Source of the DNA: an uncultured bacterium | Lineage (GTDB): Bacteria; Actinomycetota; Thermoleophilia; Gaiellales; F1-60-MAGs149 | Reading direction: 5' to 3' | Length of the DNA: 49,995 bases | Assembly (NCBI GenBank): GCA_963923625.1 | Contig: CAWUMZ010000001.1 | Coordinates: 1-49,995, forward strand | Shown here: positions 32,589-41,700 of the stretch, in pieces | Layout: the number at the start of each line of letters is the position of its first letter | Numbering within the stretch: the stretch's first letter is position 1 | The notes under the pieces: model-generated | What the model saw: the letters and a program-made list of their open reading frames with translations, nothing else | Told to the model about the DNA's origin: nothing | Databases searched by the model: none | Made by a program: the position numbers and the translations under genes

Positions 32589-35180
32589 ATGGATCGCCGC
32601 GCAGAACTCGAGGAACGCACACGCTACGAGGCCGCCGAGGTCGAGAGCCGGATCTTCGCCGACTGGCAGAAGGCCGACCTCTTCACGGCCGACCCCGATG
32701 CCACCGGCGAGCCGTACTGCATCCAGCTGCCGCCGCCGAACGTGACCGGTTCGCTGCACATGGGCCATGCGCTCAACGGTTCGGTGCAGGACCTGCTGAT
32801 CCGCTGGCGCCGCATGCAGGGCCGAAACGTCCTCTGGCAGCCGGGCACCGACCACGCGGGGATCGCCACGCAGATGGTCGTCGAGCGCCAGCTCGCCGCC
32901 GACGGCATCACCCGCCATGACCTCGGCCGCGAGGCGTTCGTCGAGCGCGTCTGGGAGTGGAAGGAGTCGACCGGCTCCACGATCATCGAGCAGTACAAGC
33001 GGCTCGGCACCTCGATGGACTACTCGCGCGAGCGCTTCACCATGGACGACCGCTACGCGCCGGCCGTGCAGCAGGTCTTCGTCGAGCTGCACGAGCGCGG
33101 GTACATCTACCGCGATAACTACCTCGTCAACTGGAGCGTCCCGCTCGCCACCGCGATCTCGGACCTCGAGGTCGAGCACAAGGACGTCGATGATGTCCTC
33201 TACGAGGTCGCCTATGCGGTCGAGGGCGGCGGCGAGATCGTGATCGCCACCGTGCGCCCCGTCACGATCCTCGCCGACGTCGCGATCGCGGTGCACCCCG
33301 AGGATCCGCGCTACGCGGCCATGATCGGGAAGGAGGCGATCGTGCCGATGGTCGGCCGCCGCATCCCGATCATCGCCGACGAGCGCGTCGAGATCGAGTT
33401 CGGCACGGGCGCGCTCAAGATCACGCCCGGCCACGACCCCGTCGACTTCGAGGTCGGCCGCGATCACGGCCTCGAGGCGCTGTCGGCGATCGGCCTCGAC
33501 GGCCGGATGACCGACCTGATGCCGGAGTGGGAGGGGCTCACCGCCGACGAGGGCCACGAGCGCGCGGTCGAGCACCTGCGCGCGAGCGGCGCTCTGCGCG
33601 AGGAGATCCCGTATCGCCACTCCGTCGGCTTCTGCCAGCGCTCCGGCGCGCGCATCGAGCCGCTCATCTCGCTGCAGTGGTTCTGCCGCATGGACGAGCT
33701 CGCCAAGCCGGCGATCGACGTCGTCAAGTCGAAGGAGGTGCGCTTCCACCCGGAGCGCATGGAGAAGATCTACCTGGACTGGATGGAGGCGATCCGCCCC
33801 TGGTGCGTGTCGCGCCAGCTCTGGTGGGGACATCGCCTGCCCGTCTGGTTCGCTCCCGACGGCTCGTACGTCGTGCAGGTCGAACGTCCCGACGGCGAGG
33901 GCTGGGAGCAGTCGACCGACGTGCTCGACACGTGGTTCTCCTCCGCGCTGTGGCCGTACGCGACCCTCGGCTGGCCCGAGCAGACGCCCGAGCTCGCCAA
34001 GTGGTACCCCGGCGACGTGCTCGTCACGGGTCGCGACATCATCAACCTCTGGGTCGCGCGGATGATCATGACCGGCATCGCCTTCGCCGGCGGGATCCCG
34101 TTCACCGACGTCTACATCAACTCCACGATCCAGGCCGCCGACGGCCGGCGCATGTCGAAGTCGCTCGGCACGGGCGTCGATCCGCTCGACCTGATCGACC
34201 AGTACGGCGCCGACGCCACGCGCTACGGCCTGCTGAAGATGTGCTCCACGCAGGACGTGCGCTTCGCCGAGGGCATGATCGACGAGGGTCGCGGCCTCGC
34301 CAACAAGCTGTTCAACGCGACGCGCCTCGTGCTGCTCAACGCGGACCCCGAGGCCGCGCCCGCGGCGAACGGCCTGCTGTCGGCCGACCGCTGGATCCTC
34401 GACCGCCTCGCCGCCACGATCGACGAGGTCACGACGCAGTACGAGGAGTTCCAGTTCTCGGCTGCGACGAAGACGCTCTACGCCTTCATCTGGAACGAGT
34501 TCTGCGACTGGTACCTCGAGGCGATCAAGGCGCGCCTGTACGGCGACGACGCGGCCTCGAAGCTGGCGGCGTCCGAGACCGCGCTGCTCGTGATCGAACG
34601 CACGCTCGGCCTGCTGCACCCGATGTGCCCGTTCGTCACCGAGGAGCTGTGGTCGTTCCTGCCGGAGCGCGACGGCCTGCTCGCCGTGTCGGCCTTCCCG
34701 ACCAGCGACGGCATTCCGCGCGATCCCGCCGCCGCGGCCACGGTTGGCGCGATCATCGAGGCCGTCACCGGCCTGCGCCGTCTGCGCCAGGACGCGGACC
34801 TCGGCCCGAAGGCACCGCTCACCGCGACATTGTCCGGCGATGCCGACGCACTCCGCGCGGAAGCCCCGCTGCTCGCGGCGCTTGGCTCGATCGAACTCGT
34901 CGAGACGGCTGCCGCCGGCCCCGCCGTGCCGCTTCCCGCAGGGACGGCCACGCTGCATATCCAGGGCGACGGCCTCGCGGGCAAGCTGCGCGATCGCCTC
35001 GCCAAGCGCCTCGAGGAGGCGCGAGCCGAGGCGAAGAAGGCCGAGTCGAAGCTGGGCAACGCGAAGTTCGTCGAGCGCGCCCCGGCGGAAGTGGTCGCGG
35101 AGGAGCGCGAGCGCGTCGAGCGCTTCACGCGCGATGCCGCCGAGCTCGAGGCGCAGCTCGCCGCGCTCGACGCGGGCTGA
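32589..35180 (+). CDS. valS: valine--tRNA ligase
   Basis: 863 aa with the HIGH-type motif PPPNVTGSLHMGHAL, KMSKS (RRMSKSLGT) and a C-terminal coiled coil. Confidence 0.97.
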   Translation: MDRRAELEERTRYEAAEVESRIFADWQKADLFTADPDATGEPYCIQLPPPNVTGSLHMGHALNGSVQDLLIRWRRMQGRNVLWQPGTDHAGIATQMVVERQLAADGITRHDLGREAFVERVWEWKESTGSTIIEQYKRLGTSMDYSRERFTMDDRYAPAVQQVFVELHERGYIYRDNYLVNWSVPLATAISDLEVEHKDVDDVLYEVAYAVEGGGEIVIATVRPVTILADVAIAVHPEDPRYAAMIGKEAIVPMVGRRIPIIADERVEIEFGTGALKITPGHDPVDFEVGRDHGLEALSAIGLDGRMTDLMPEWEGLTADEGHERAVEHLRASGALREEIPYRHSVGFCQRSGARIEPLISLQWFCRMDELAKPAIDVVKSKEVRFHPERMEKIYLDWMEAIRPWCVSRQLWWGHRLPVWFAPDGSYVVQVERPDGEGWEQSTDVLDTWFSSALWPYATLGWPEQTPELAKWYPGDVLVTGRDIINLWVARMIMTGIAFAGGIPFTDVYINSTIQAADGRRMSKSLGTGVDPLDLIDQYGADATRYGLLKMCSTQDVRFAEGMIDEGRGLANKLFNATRLVLLNADPEAAPAANGLLSADRWILDRLAATIDEVTTQYEEFQFSAATKTLYAFIWNEFCDWYLEAIKARLYGDDAASKLAASETALLVIERTLGLLHPMCPFVTEELWSFLPERDGLLAVSAFPTSDGIPRDPAAAATVGAIIEAVTGLRRLRQDADLGPKAPLTATLSGDADALRAEAPLLAALGSIELVETAAAGPAVPLPAGTATLHIQGDGLAGKLRDRLAKRLEEARAEAKKAESKLGNAKFVERAPAEVVAEERERVERFTRDAAELEAQLAALDAG

Positions 35181-35185
35181 TCCCG

Positions 35186-36412
35186 ATGGACCGCGCCGGC
35201 GAGATCCTCCAGACGAGGACCATGTTCGGCATGGAGCTGGGGCTCGAGCGCATCACCGCGATGCTCGAGCGGCTCGGCAACCCGCAGCGCTCGTTCCACG
35301 CGATCCACGTCGTCGGCACCAACGGCAAGTCCTCGACCACGCGTTTCATCGCCGCCGCGCTCGCCGCACAGGGAGCCAAGGCCGGCGCGTACCTCTCGCC
35401 GCACATCAACGGCTGGAATGAGCGCGTGCTGATCGCGGAGCCGCGTCGCCTGCCCGCCCCGATCGACGCGGGCGCGTTCGCCGACGCGATCGAGGCCGCG
35501 GAGGACGCAGCGCTCGCCGTCGACGCGGAGCGCGGGGGCGCGTGCACGCAGTTCGAGGTGCTCACCGCCGGCGCGCTGCTCGCGCTGCGCGAGGCCGGAG
35601 TGGAGGTCGCCGCGATCGAGGCCGGACTCGGCGGGCGCCTCGACGCGACCAACGTCCTCGACGCTCCGGTCGTCGTGCTGACCGGCGTCGCGCTCGAGCA
35701 CACGGAGCACCTCGGGAACACGCGCGAGCTGATCGCCGCGGAGAAGCTCGCGGTCCTGCGGCCGGGGGCGGTGCTCGTGGCCGGCGGCATGGACGACGAG
35801 ATCCGCCCGACGGTCGAGCGCCTCGCGGCCGAGCACGGCGTGGCGCGCGCGCTGCTCGTCGCACCCGGCATGCTCGACGACGAGCTGCCGGACCTGATGG
35901 CGGCGGGCACCTTCCAGCGCGCCAACGCGACGGTCGCGCTCGGTGCGGCGGCGGCGCTCGTCGGCGAGCAGTTCCGCGCCCGCGCGGCGATGGAGGCGAT
36001 CGCGAAGGTGATCGTGCCCGGACGCCTCGAGGTCATCGGCCGCTACCCGCTCGTGGTGCGCGATGCCGCGCACAATCCCGACGGCGCCCGTGTGCTGGCG
36101 GGCGAGCTACAGCTCGCGCTGCGTGGCGCGTCGCCGGTGATCGGGGTGATCGCGCTGCTCGCCGACAAGGACGTCGACGGTGTCCTCAGCGCACTGGCCG
36201 GCTCCTTCGACGCCGTCATCGCCACCGCGACGGAGTCCGAGCGGGCCCTGCCCGCCGAGCGTCTGATGGCCGCCTGCGCCGCACACGGGATCGACGCGGA
36301 GGTCGTGGCGGAGCCGGAGGCGGCGTTGACCCGTGCGCGCTTCCGCGCAGGCTCGGGCGGCGCGGTCGTGATCGCCGGATCGCTGACGCTGCTCGAGGAG
36401 CTCGCGCGCTAG
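35186..36412 (+). CDS. folC: bifunctional folylpolyglutamate synthase/dihydrofolate synthase
   Basis: Mur-ligase P-loop HVVGTNGKSSTTRF and its position after valS. ATG at 35186. Confidence 0.9.
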   Translation: MDRAGEILQTRTMFGMELGLERITAMLERLGNPQRSFHAIHVVGTNGKSSTTRFIAAALAAQGAKAGAYLSPHINGWNERVLIAEPRRLPAPIDAGAFADAIEAAEDAALAVDAERGGACTQFEVLTAGALLALREAGVEVAAIEAGLGGRLDATNVLDAPVVVLTGVALEHTEHLGNTRELIAAEKLAVLRPGAVLVAGGMDDEIRPTVERLAAEHGVARALLVAPGMLDDELPDLMAAGTFQRANATVALGAAAALVGEQFRARAAMEAIAKVIVPGRLEVIGRYPLVVRDAAHNPDGARVLAGELQLALRGASPVIGVIALLADKDVDGVLSALAGSFDAVIATATESERALPAERLMAACAAHGIDAEVVAEPEAALTRARFRAGSGGAVVIAGSLTLLEELAR

Positions 36413-36564
36413 ACCAGCAGCCGGCCGAATACGTAGCCGAGCACGTACGCCAGCAGGATCAGCCCCGCGAGGATCAGCACGGCGAAGATCAGGACGGTCG
36501 GACGGCCTCTCACACGGCTGATCGTACCGGGCGACCTGCGCACCGCGACGCCGCTGCCGGTCAT
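36409..36564 (-). CDS. small single-TM protein (51 aa), hypothetical
   Basis: MTGSGVAVRRSPGTISRVRGRPTVLIFAVLILAGLILLAYVLGYVFGRLLV. About 47 of 51 codons end in G/C. It overlaps the folC stop by 4 nt on the opposite strand. Confidence 0.4.
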   Translation of the reverse strand: MTGSGVAVRRSPGTISRVRGRPTVLIFAVLILAGLILLAYVLGYVFGRLLV

Positions 36565-36618
36565 GATTCGGGGACGCCGGCGCCGCTGGCGCCCGACTAC
36601 GACCGCACCAGGGGAACC

Positions 36619-37029
36619 ATGGAGACCACGCTCGTCCTGCTCAAGCCCGACGCCGTCCGCCGCCAGCTGATGAGCGAGATCATCGGCCGGTTCGAGCGCC
36701 GCGGCTTCACCTTCCGCGGTATGCGCCTGCTGCAGCTCGACCGAGCCACGGCCGAGCAGCACTACGCCGAGCACGCGGAGCGCCCGTTCTTCGGCGAGCT
36801 CGTCGACTTCATCACGTCCGGCCCGATCGTCGCGCTCGCCTTGCAGGGCAACGGCGCCGTCGCGACCGTCCGCGACATGATGGGCAAGACCAACCCGCTC
36901 GATTCCGCGCCCGGCACGATCCGCGGCGACCTCGCCCTCGAGCTGGCCGAGAACATCATCCACGGTTCGGATTCGCCTGAGTCGGCCGAGCGCGAGCTCG
37001 CGATCTACTTCCCCGACGGCCTGCTCTAG
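36619..37029 (+). CDS. ndk: nucleoside-diphosphate kinase
   Basis: METTLVLLKPDAVRRQLMSEIIGRFERRGF...NIIHGSDSPESAEREL. 136 aa. Confidence 0.96.
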   Translation: METTLVLLKPDAVRRQLMSEIIGRFERRGFTFRGMRLLQLDRATAEQHYAEHAERPFFGELVDFITSGPIVALALQGNGAVATVRDMMGKTNPLDSAPGTIRGDLALELAENIIHGSDSPESAERELAIYFPDGLL

Positions 37030-37038
37030 GCCCTCGGT

Positions 37039-37428
37039 TCAGCGCGGCGCGGGCGTCTTCGGCGCCCGCGTCTTGCGCTGGAACCGCCGCTGCTCGTCGG
37101 TGCCGCCCGGCAGATCGGCCGGCGGCTCGCCGTCGTCATCGTCCTCATCCTCGTCGTCCGCCCAGCCGCGTGCCAGATAGAGGAACGCGGCGCCGGCGAT
37201 ACCCGCCACCAGCAGCGCCAGCGCGAAGATGCGCTCCGACGACACGATCACGATCGCGCTCATCGCCACCCCGAACGCCAGGATCGCGACGCCGGCGAGC
37301 AGCGACATGACCCGCGGCGCAACGTGGCGTTGCGGGGGGCGCGAGCGGGCGGCGACGATCACCGCCACCAGCACGATGATGATCTCGATCGCGATCACAC
37401 GGAAACGGTAACGGAGCCCGCATGCCAT
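37039..37428 (-). CDS. hypothetical membrane protein with an acidic then basic C-terminal tail
   Basis: Three hydrophobic segments followed by ...GWADDEDEDDDDGEPPADLPGG...RKTRAPKTPAPR. The start is uncertain: ATG 37428, GTG 37398 or a later ATG. Confidence 0.55.
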   Translation of the reverse strand: MACGLRYRFRVIAIEIIIVLVAVIVAARSRPPQRHVAPRVMSLLAGVAILAFGVAMSAIVIVSSERIFALALLVAGIAGAAFLYLARGWADDEDEDDDDGEPPADLPGGTDEQRRFQRKTRAPKTPAPR

Positions 37429-38635
37429 GATCCGCGGCGTGAGCCACGTCCAGAACATCAAGGCCGTCGGGCACGACCTGCACGAGGCGGAGGAGTTCGT
37501 CTTCGAGCCGACCACGGTGCCGCAGAAGATCCTGCGGATCGTCGTGTGGCTGGCGATCGTGTTCGGCACGCTCGCGGCGCTGCAGGCGATCGGGATCGAT
37601 CCGATCGGGTGGCTGCGCGGCGTGGCCAACTCGATGGCGGACATCGAGCCGAAGTACCTCATCGCCGGCATCGTCTTCCAGACTGCGAACGTCCTGCTGG
37701 TCGGCTTCGCGTATGTGGCGATCTGGCGCTCGGCCTATCCGCAGGCCGGCAAGATCCCGGTCGGGCAGGTCGTCGCGTGCTTCGTGGTGTCGATCGCGCT
37801 CAACAGCGTCCTGCCCATGAGCATCGGCTCGTGGGTGATGCTCTTCATGTTCCTGGCGATCATCCCCGGTGCGACCGCGGCCGGCATGGCCTCCGGCTTC
37901 GGCGTCAGCAAGATGTTCTTCTTCGTGATGGGCATCATCACGTACGCCTACCTATTCATCTCGATCTCCGGCGCTCTCAACACCGCGGTCGGCGGGATCC
38001 AGAACCACCTGCCGGCGCTGATCGCGATTCTGATCGCGGTCGTGATCCTGATCGTCGTGCTGCTGAAGACGTTCCGGCAGAAGGCGATCAACAGCGTCAA
38101 GAACCTGAAGCAGGGCGCGAAGATCCTCAGCACACCGAAGCCGCTGATCCTGCTCGTGCTGCTGCCGCAGGCGCTCGGGTACAGCTTCCAGATCCTGACG
38201 ACCGCGGCGTTCATGCGCGGGTACGGGATCCCGGTCTCGATCGGGAACATCATCCTCAACAACGCGGCCAACTCGCTCGCGACGATCACGGCGGTCACGC
38301 CCGGCGGCGTGGGGGCGACGCAGGGCCTCACGACGATCGCACTCCACGGCGTCGCGACCCCGACCCAGATCGCCGGCTACTCGCTTGCTCAGCAGCTGAT
38401 CCTGACCGCGTGGAACTGCCTGCTCGCGACCGTGCTCGTGCTGGTGTTCTTCGGTTGGAGCGGCGGCCGGCAGATCGTCACGAACTCCCTCGTCAGCGCC
38501 CGCGAGGACATGCACGACAAGCGCGTCGCCAGCAAGCAGGCGAAGGCGGAGAAGAAGGCGGCCAAGCAGGCCGGTGCCGAGTCCGCCGGGCCGCACAGCG
38601 TCGACGGCACGTCGACGCCGCCTGATCAGGAGTAG
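37427..38635 (+). CDS. polytopic (about 8 TM) membrane protein, possibly of the UPF0104/LPG-synthase-TM (flippase-like) family
   Basis: 402 aa with about eight hydrophobic helices by eye and a Lys-rich C-terminal tail. The family call is tentative and from memory of the topology. Confidence 0.7.
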   Translation: MIRGVSHVQNIKAVGHDLHEAEEFVFEPTTVPQKILRIVVWLAIVFGTLAALQAIGIDPIGWLRGVANSMADIEPKYLIAGIVFQTANVLLVGFAYVAIWRSAYPQAGKIPVGQVVACFVVSIALNSVLPMSIGSWVMLFMFLAIIPGATAAGMASGFGVSKMFFFVMGIITYAYLFISISGALNTAVGGIQNHLPALIAILIAVVILIVVLLKTFRQKAINSVKNLKQGAKILSTPKPLILLVLLPQALGYSFQILTTAAFMRGYGIPVSIGNIILNNAANSLATITAVTPGGVGATQGLTTIALHGVATPTQIAGYSLAQQLILTAWNCLLATVLVLVFFGWSGGRQIVTNSLVSAREDMHDKRVASKQAKAEKKAAKQAGAESAGPHSVDGTSTPPDQE

Positions 38636-38738
38636 GGAGGACGTGGCGTCACGCACCGCCTGCACCGGAGCTCGAAAGTCGCTGGTCTCGATCCGCCGCT
38701 GAGATCGGGACGTCGGGAACCTCACCCGCAGCGCCCGC

Positions 38739-41700
38739 CTAGATCGAGAAGTCGACGCCCTCGGCTTCGACGCTCAGTTCGAACGGATCGGCGTTGAACG
38801 AGAAGCCGCCGTTGATGTTGATGAACGTCCCCCAGCCGCCCCAGCCGCCGCTGTAGCAGGTGAGGCAGGTCGTATGACCGCCGAGCCACCAGGGCCAGTG
38901 GACGCAGGCGCAGCTGTAGGAGTTCGCGAACGCGTTGTACCACTGCACCTGCACGTCGGCATCGGCGCTCGCCGAGACCGAGAAGTACGGCGCGGCATCC
39001 GAGATCAGCAGGGTTTCCGTGTACGAGAAGCACGCCTGCCAGTTGGCGGGCCAGATCTCCGTGGTGCCGGTGCACGAGCTGCCGCTCGAGTCCGACGTGA
39101 TGCTGAAGAAGCCGTTCGCGCCGATCACGATCGTCGGGAAGTTGTAGGTAATCCCGTAGACGTCGAGGGAGCCGGACATGGTCAGCGTCGTGGTGGTCGC
39201 CTGCGAGCAGCTCGGGTCGGTGCAGTTGGTGAAGACCCCCGACATCGAGGCGTCCGCCAGGTCGGGGATGTCGAGATTGCCGGCCGCGGCCAGGTAGAAG
39301 AGCGGCGCGCCGCCGTTCTCGATGAACGTCAGCTGGCCGTTGAGTGTCGCGAGGTCGGCGTTGAGCGCGATCTGCGCGTTCATGCCGAAGCTCGACGGCG
39401 TCTGATTCAGGTACACGGTCGTGTTGCCGAGGTTGAACCCGTCGAAGACCAGGTTGGCAGAGGCCGTCAGCGAGGTCGACGGCTGGCCGTTCTGCATCGA
39501 GAAGGCACCGGCGAAGGCGAGCGTGGTGCCACCGACGTCGAAGTTCGCTGCGCCGGAGATGCTCTCGTTGCCGTTCTGGCTGGCGACGGCGACCTGCATG
39601 TCCATCACGAAACCGGCGACGTCGAGGTTGCCGCTGCCGGTGAACGAGAAGTTGCCGTTCGAGTTGAAGTCGCCCGCGACGGTGATCTCGTTGTTCGTGC
39701 TCTGCGGCGACAGCGCGATGGTGGCGTTGAGGTTCGCGTAGTCGTCCGTGCCGACGTGGCCGAGGCCGACGTTGCCCGTCAGGCCGAAGCCGTCGATGCC
39801 GATCGCCACGTTCGTGGCGGCGAAGCTGAAGTCGCCGGGGCTGCCCTGCACCTGCTGGCCGGCGCTGTTGGTGACGGTCTCGGCGCAGCCGCTCTCGTAG
39901 ACGAGGGTGCCTTCAAGGGTGGCGGTGAAGAACGGGGCGTAGGCGAACGAGCCGGAGAACGCGACGCACTGCGGCGAGATCTCGAGCGTGGCGGGGTTGG
40001 CGGCGGTGCCGATGCTGAAGCCCGCGGCGGTCGTCAGGACGACGGCCGCGTTGAGGTCGAACGCCCCGGTCGATTGGGTGTACGACATGTCGAACGTGCC
40101 GTTGGCCATGGCCGCAGGTCCGAAGTTGAGGTTCGCCTGGATCTGGACGTTGACGTACTCGACGACGCCGTTGTCGATCGTGGCGTCGAACGCCTGCACG
40201 TTGACCGTGTTGCCCATGATGTCCATGTCGCCCGAGGCGGCGATCGACAGGTCGTTCGTGGAGGGCCCGTAGGTGACGTTGAGCGCGATCGAGAGATTGC
40301 TCAGCGAGAAGCCGGCGACGTTCAGCGATTGCGACTGCGAGACCTTGAGTCCCGCGGTGGTCGTGGAGGTTGCCCCGTCGTAGCTGAGATCGCCGCTGAC
40401 GTCGATCGTCGTGCCGAACATCGTGAATCCGCCGGCGAACGTGACGGTGTCGATCTGCGTCTGCTCGTTGAGCGAGACGGTGACGGTGGTCTGCTGGAAC
40501 TGCATGCCGCCGCCCGTGCCGGGGATGGTGAACGCGCCGACGGTGATGCTGGCGTTGAAGATCGTCGGGTCGAAGCTGAGGGCGGCCTGGACGTCGACCT
40601 CCGTGCCAAACAGCTGTCCGTCGAACGCCATCGAGAAGCCCGGCTGGATCACGATCGGCGTGCCGCCGACGTTGCCGAGGGTGCAGCCGTCGGGGGCGAT
40701 CACGAATTCGAAGTACGTCGCCTGCAGCGAGCCGCCGCCGACGCTGAGGATCGGGGTGGTGCCGGTCGACGAGCCGACCTGCACTTCGATGCACGGGTTG
40801 TCCTCGGAGAGCTCGGCGCCGATCGCGACGGGGATGTTGCCCGGCACGCCGAAGGCGCTCGTGAGCGCGGGCGGCAGGGAACCGGTGTTGAGGCTCGCGT
40901 AGAGCGCGACCGTCGGCGTGGGGAAGGGGACGCTGACGAGGTCGGCGCCGAGGGTGATGACGGCCTCGTTGATCGTGAGACCCTGATCGCCGAATGCGTT
41001 CTGCCAGTTCTCGATGCCGAACGAGGCGGAGACCTGCTGCGTGGTGAAGTCGTACGAGACCTCCACGGACATCTGCGGCGGCGATGACGTGCCGCCGCCG
41101 ACCGCGGCTGCGCTGAGGTTGGCGACGCCGCCCGCCGACACCGTCAGGCCCTCGGCGTTGTTGGTGATGCCGAAGTTGAGCGACGGCATCTGGATCTTCG
41201 ATCCGCCGGACGGGATCGAGTAGCTGCCGGGGATGTCGACGATCGCGTTGAAGAAGCCGGTGGTCGGGTCGAACTGGATCGTGCTGATGGCGTTCGGCAG
41301 GGAGGCTCCGACCAGTGTGGAGAACCATTGCGGCGAGGAGTACCCGCCGGTCACGGAGATCTCGCCGGGGGTCAGCGCGATGGTCTGCTTGCCGAAGCTC
41401 GGCAGGTCGAAGGACATCGTCGAGCCGAAGGACGAGTAGCCGAAGGCCGTGCCCGACTGGGAGCCGTTGCCGCCGCTGAGGGTGACGCCGTCGGCATCCC
41501 AGCCGCCCATCGAGATGCCCTGCGAGGTGATGTTGGTCGCGATCTCGGAGAAGTCGCCGAGACCCGGCACGGTCAGGCCGCCGGCGGTGCTGATCGACCA
41601 GCCGCTCTCCGTCGCCCCGGTGAAGGTCGGCGCGCCGGTCGTAGGTGTGACGCTGCCGGCAGGCAGGTCATAGCCCACGGTGATCGACGGATTCGAGAAC

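Noticed and set aside
32295-34958. An 887-aa minus-strand ORF antisense to valS, and the plus-strand 961-aa ORF 33527..36412 overlapping valS out of frame
   Set aside because: valS is unambiguous (HIGH and KMSKS motifs). Only the last 408 codons of 33527..36412 (from ATG 35186) form FolC; the rest is Arg/Pro-rich off-frame sequence.
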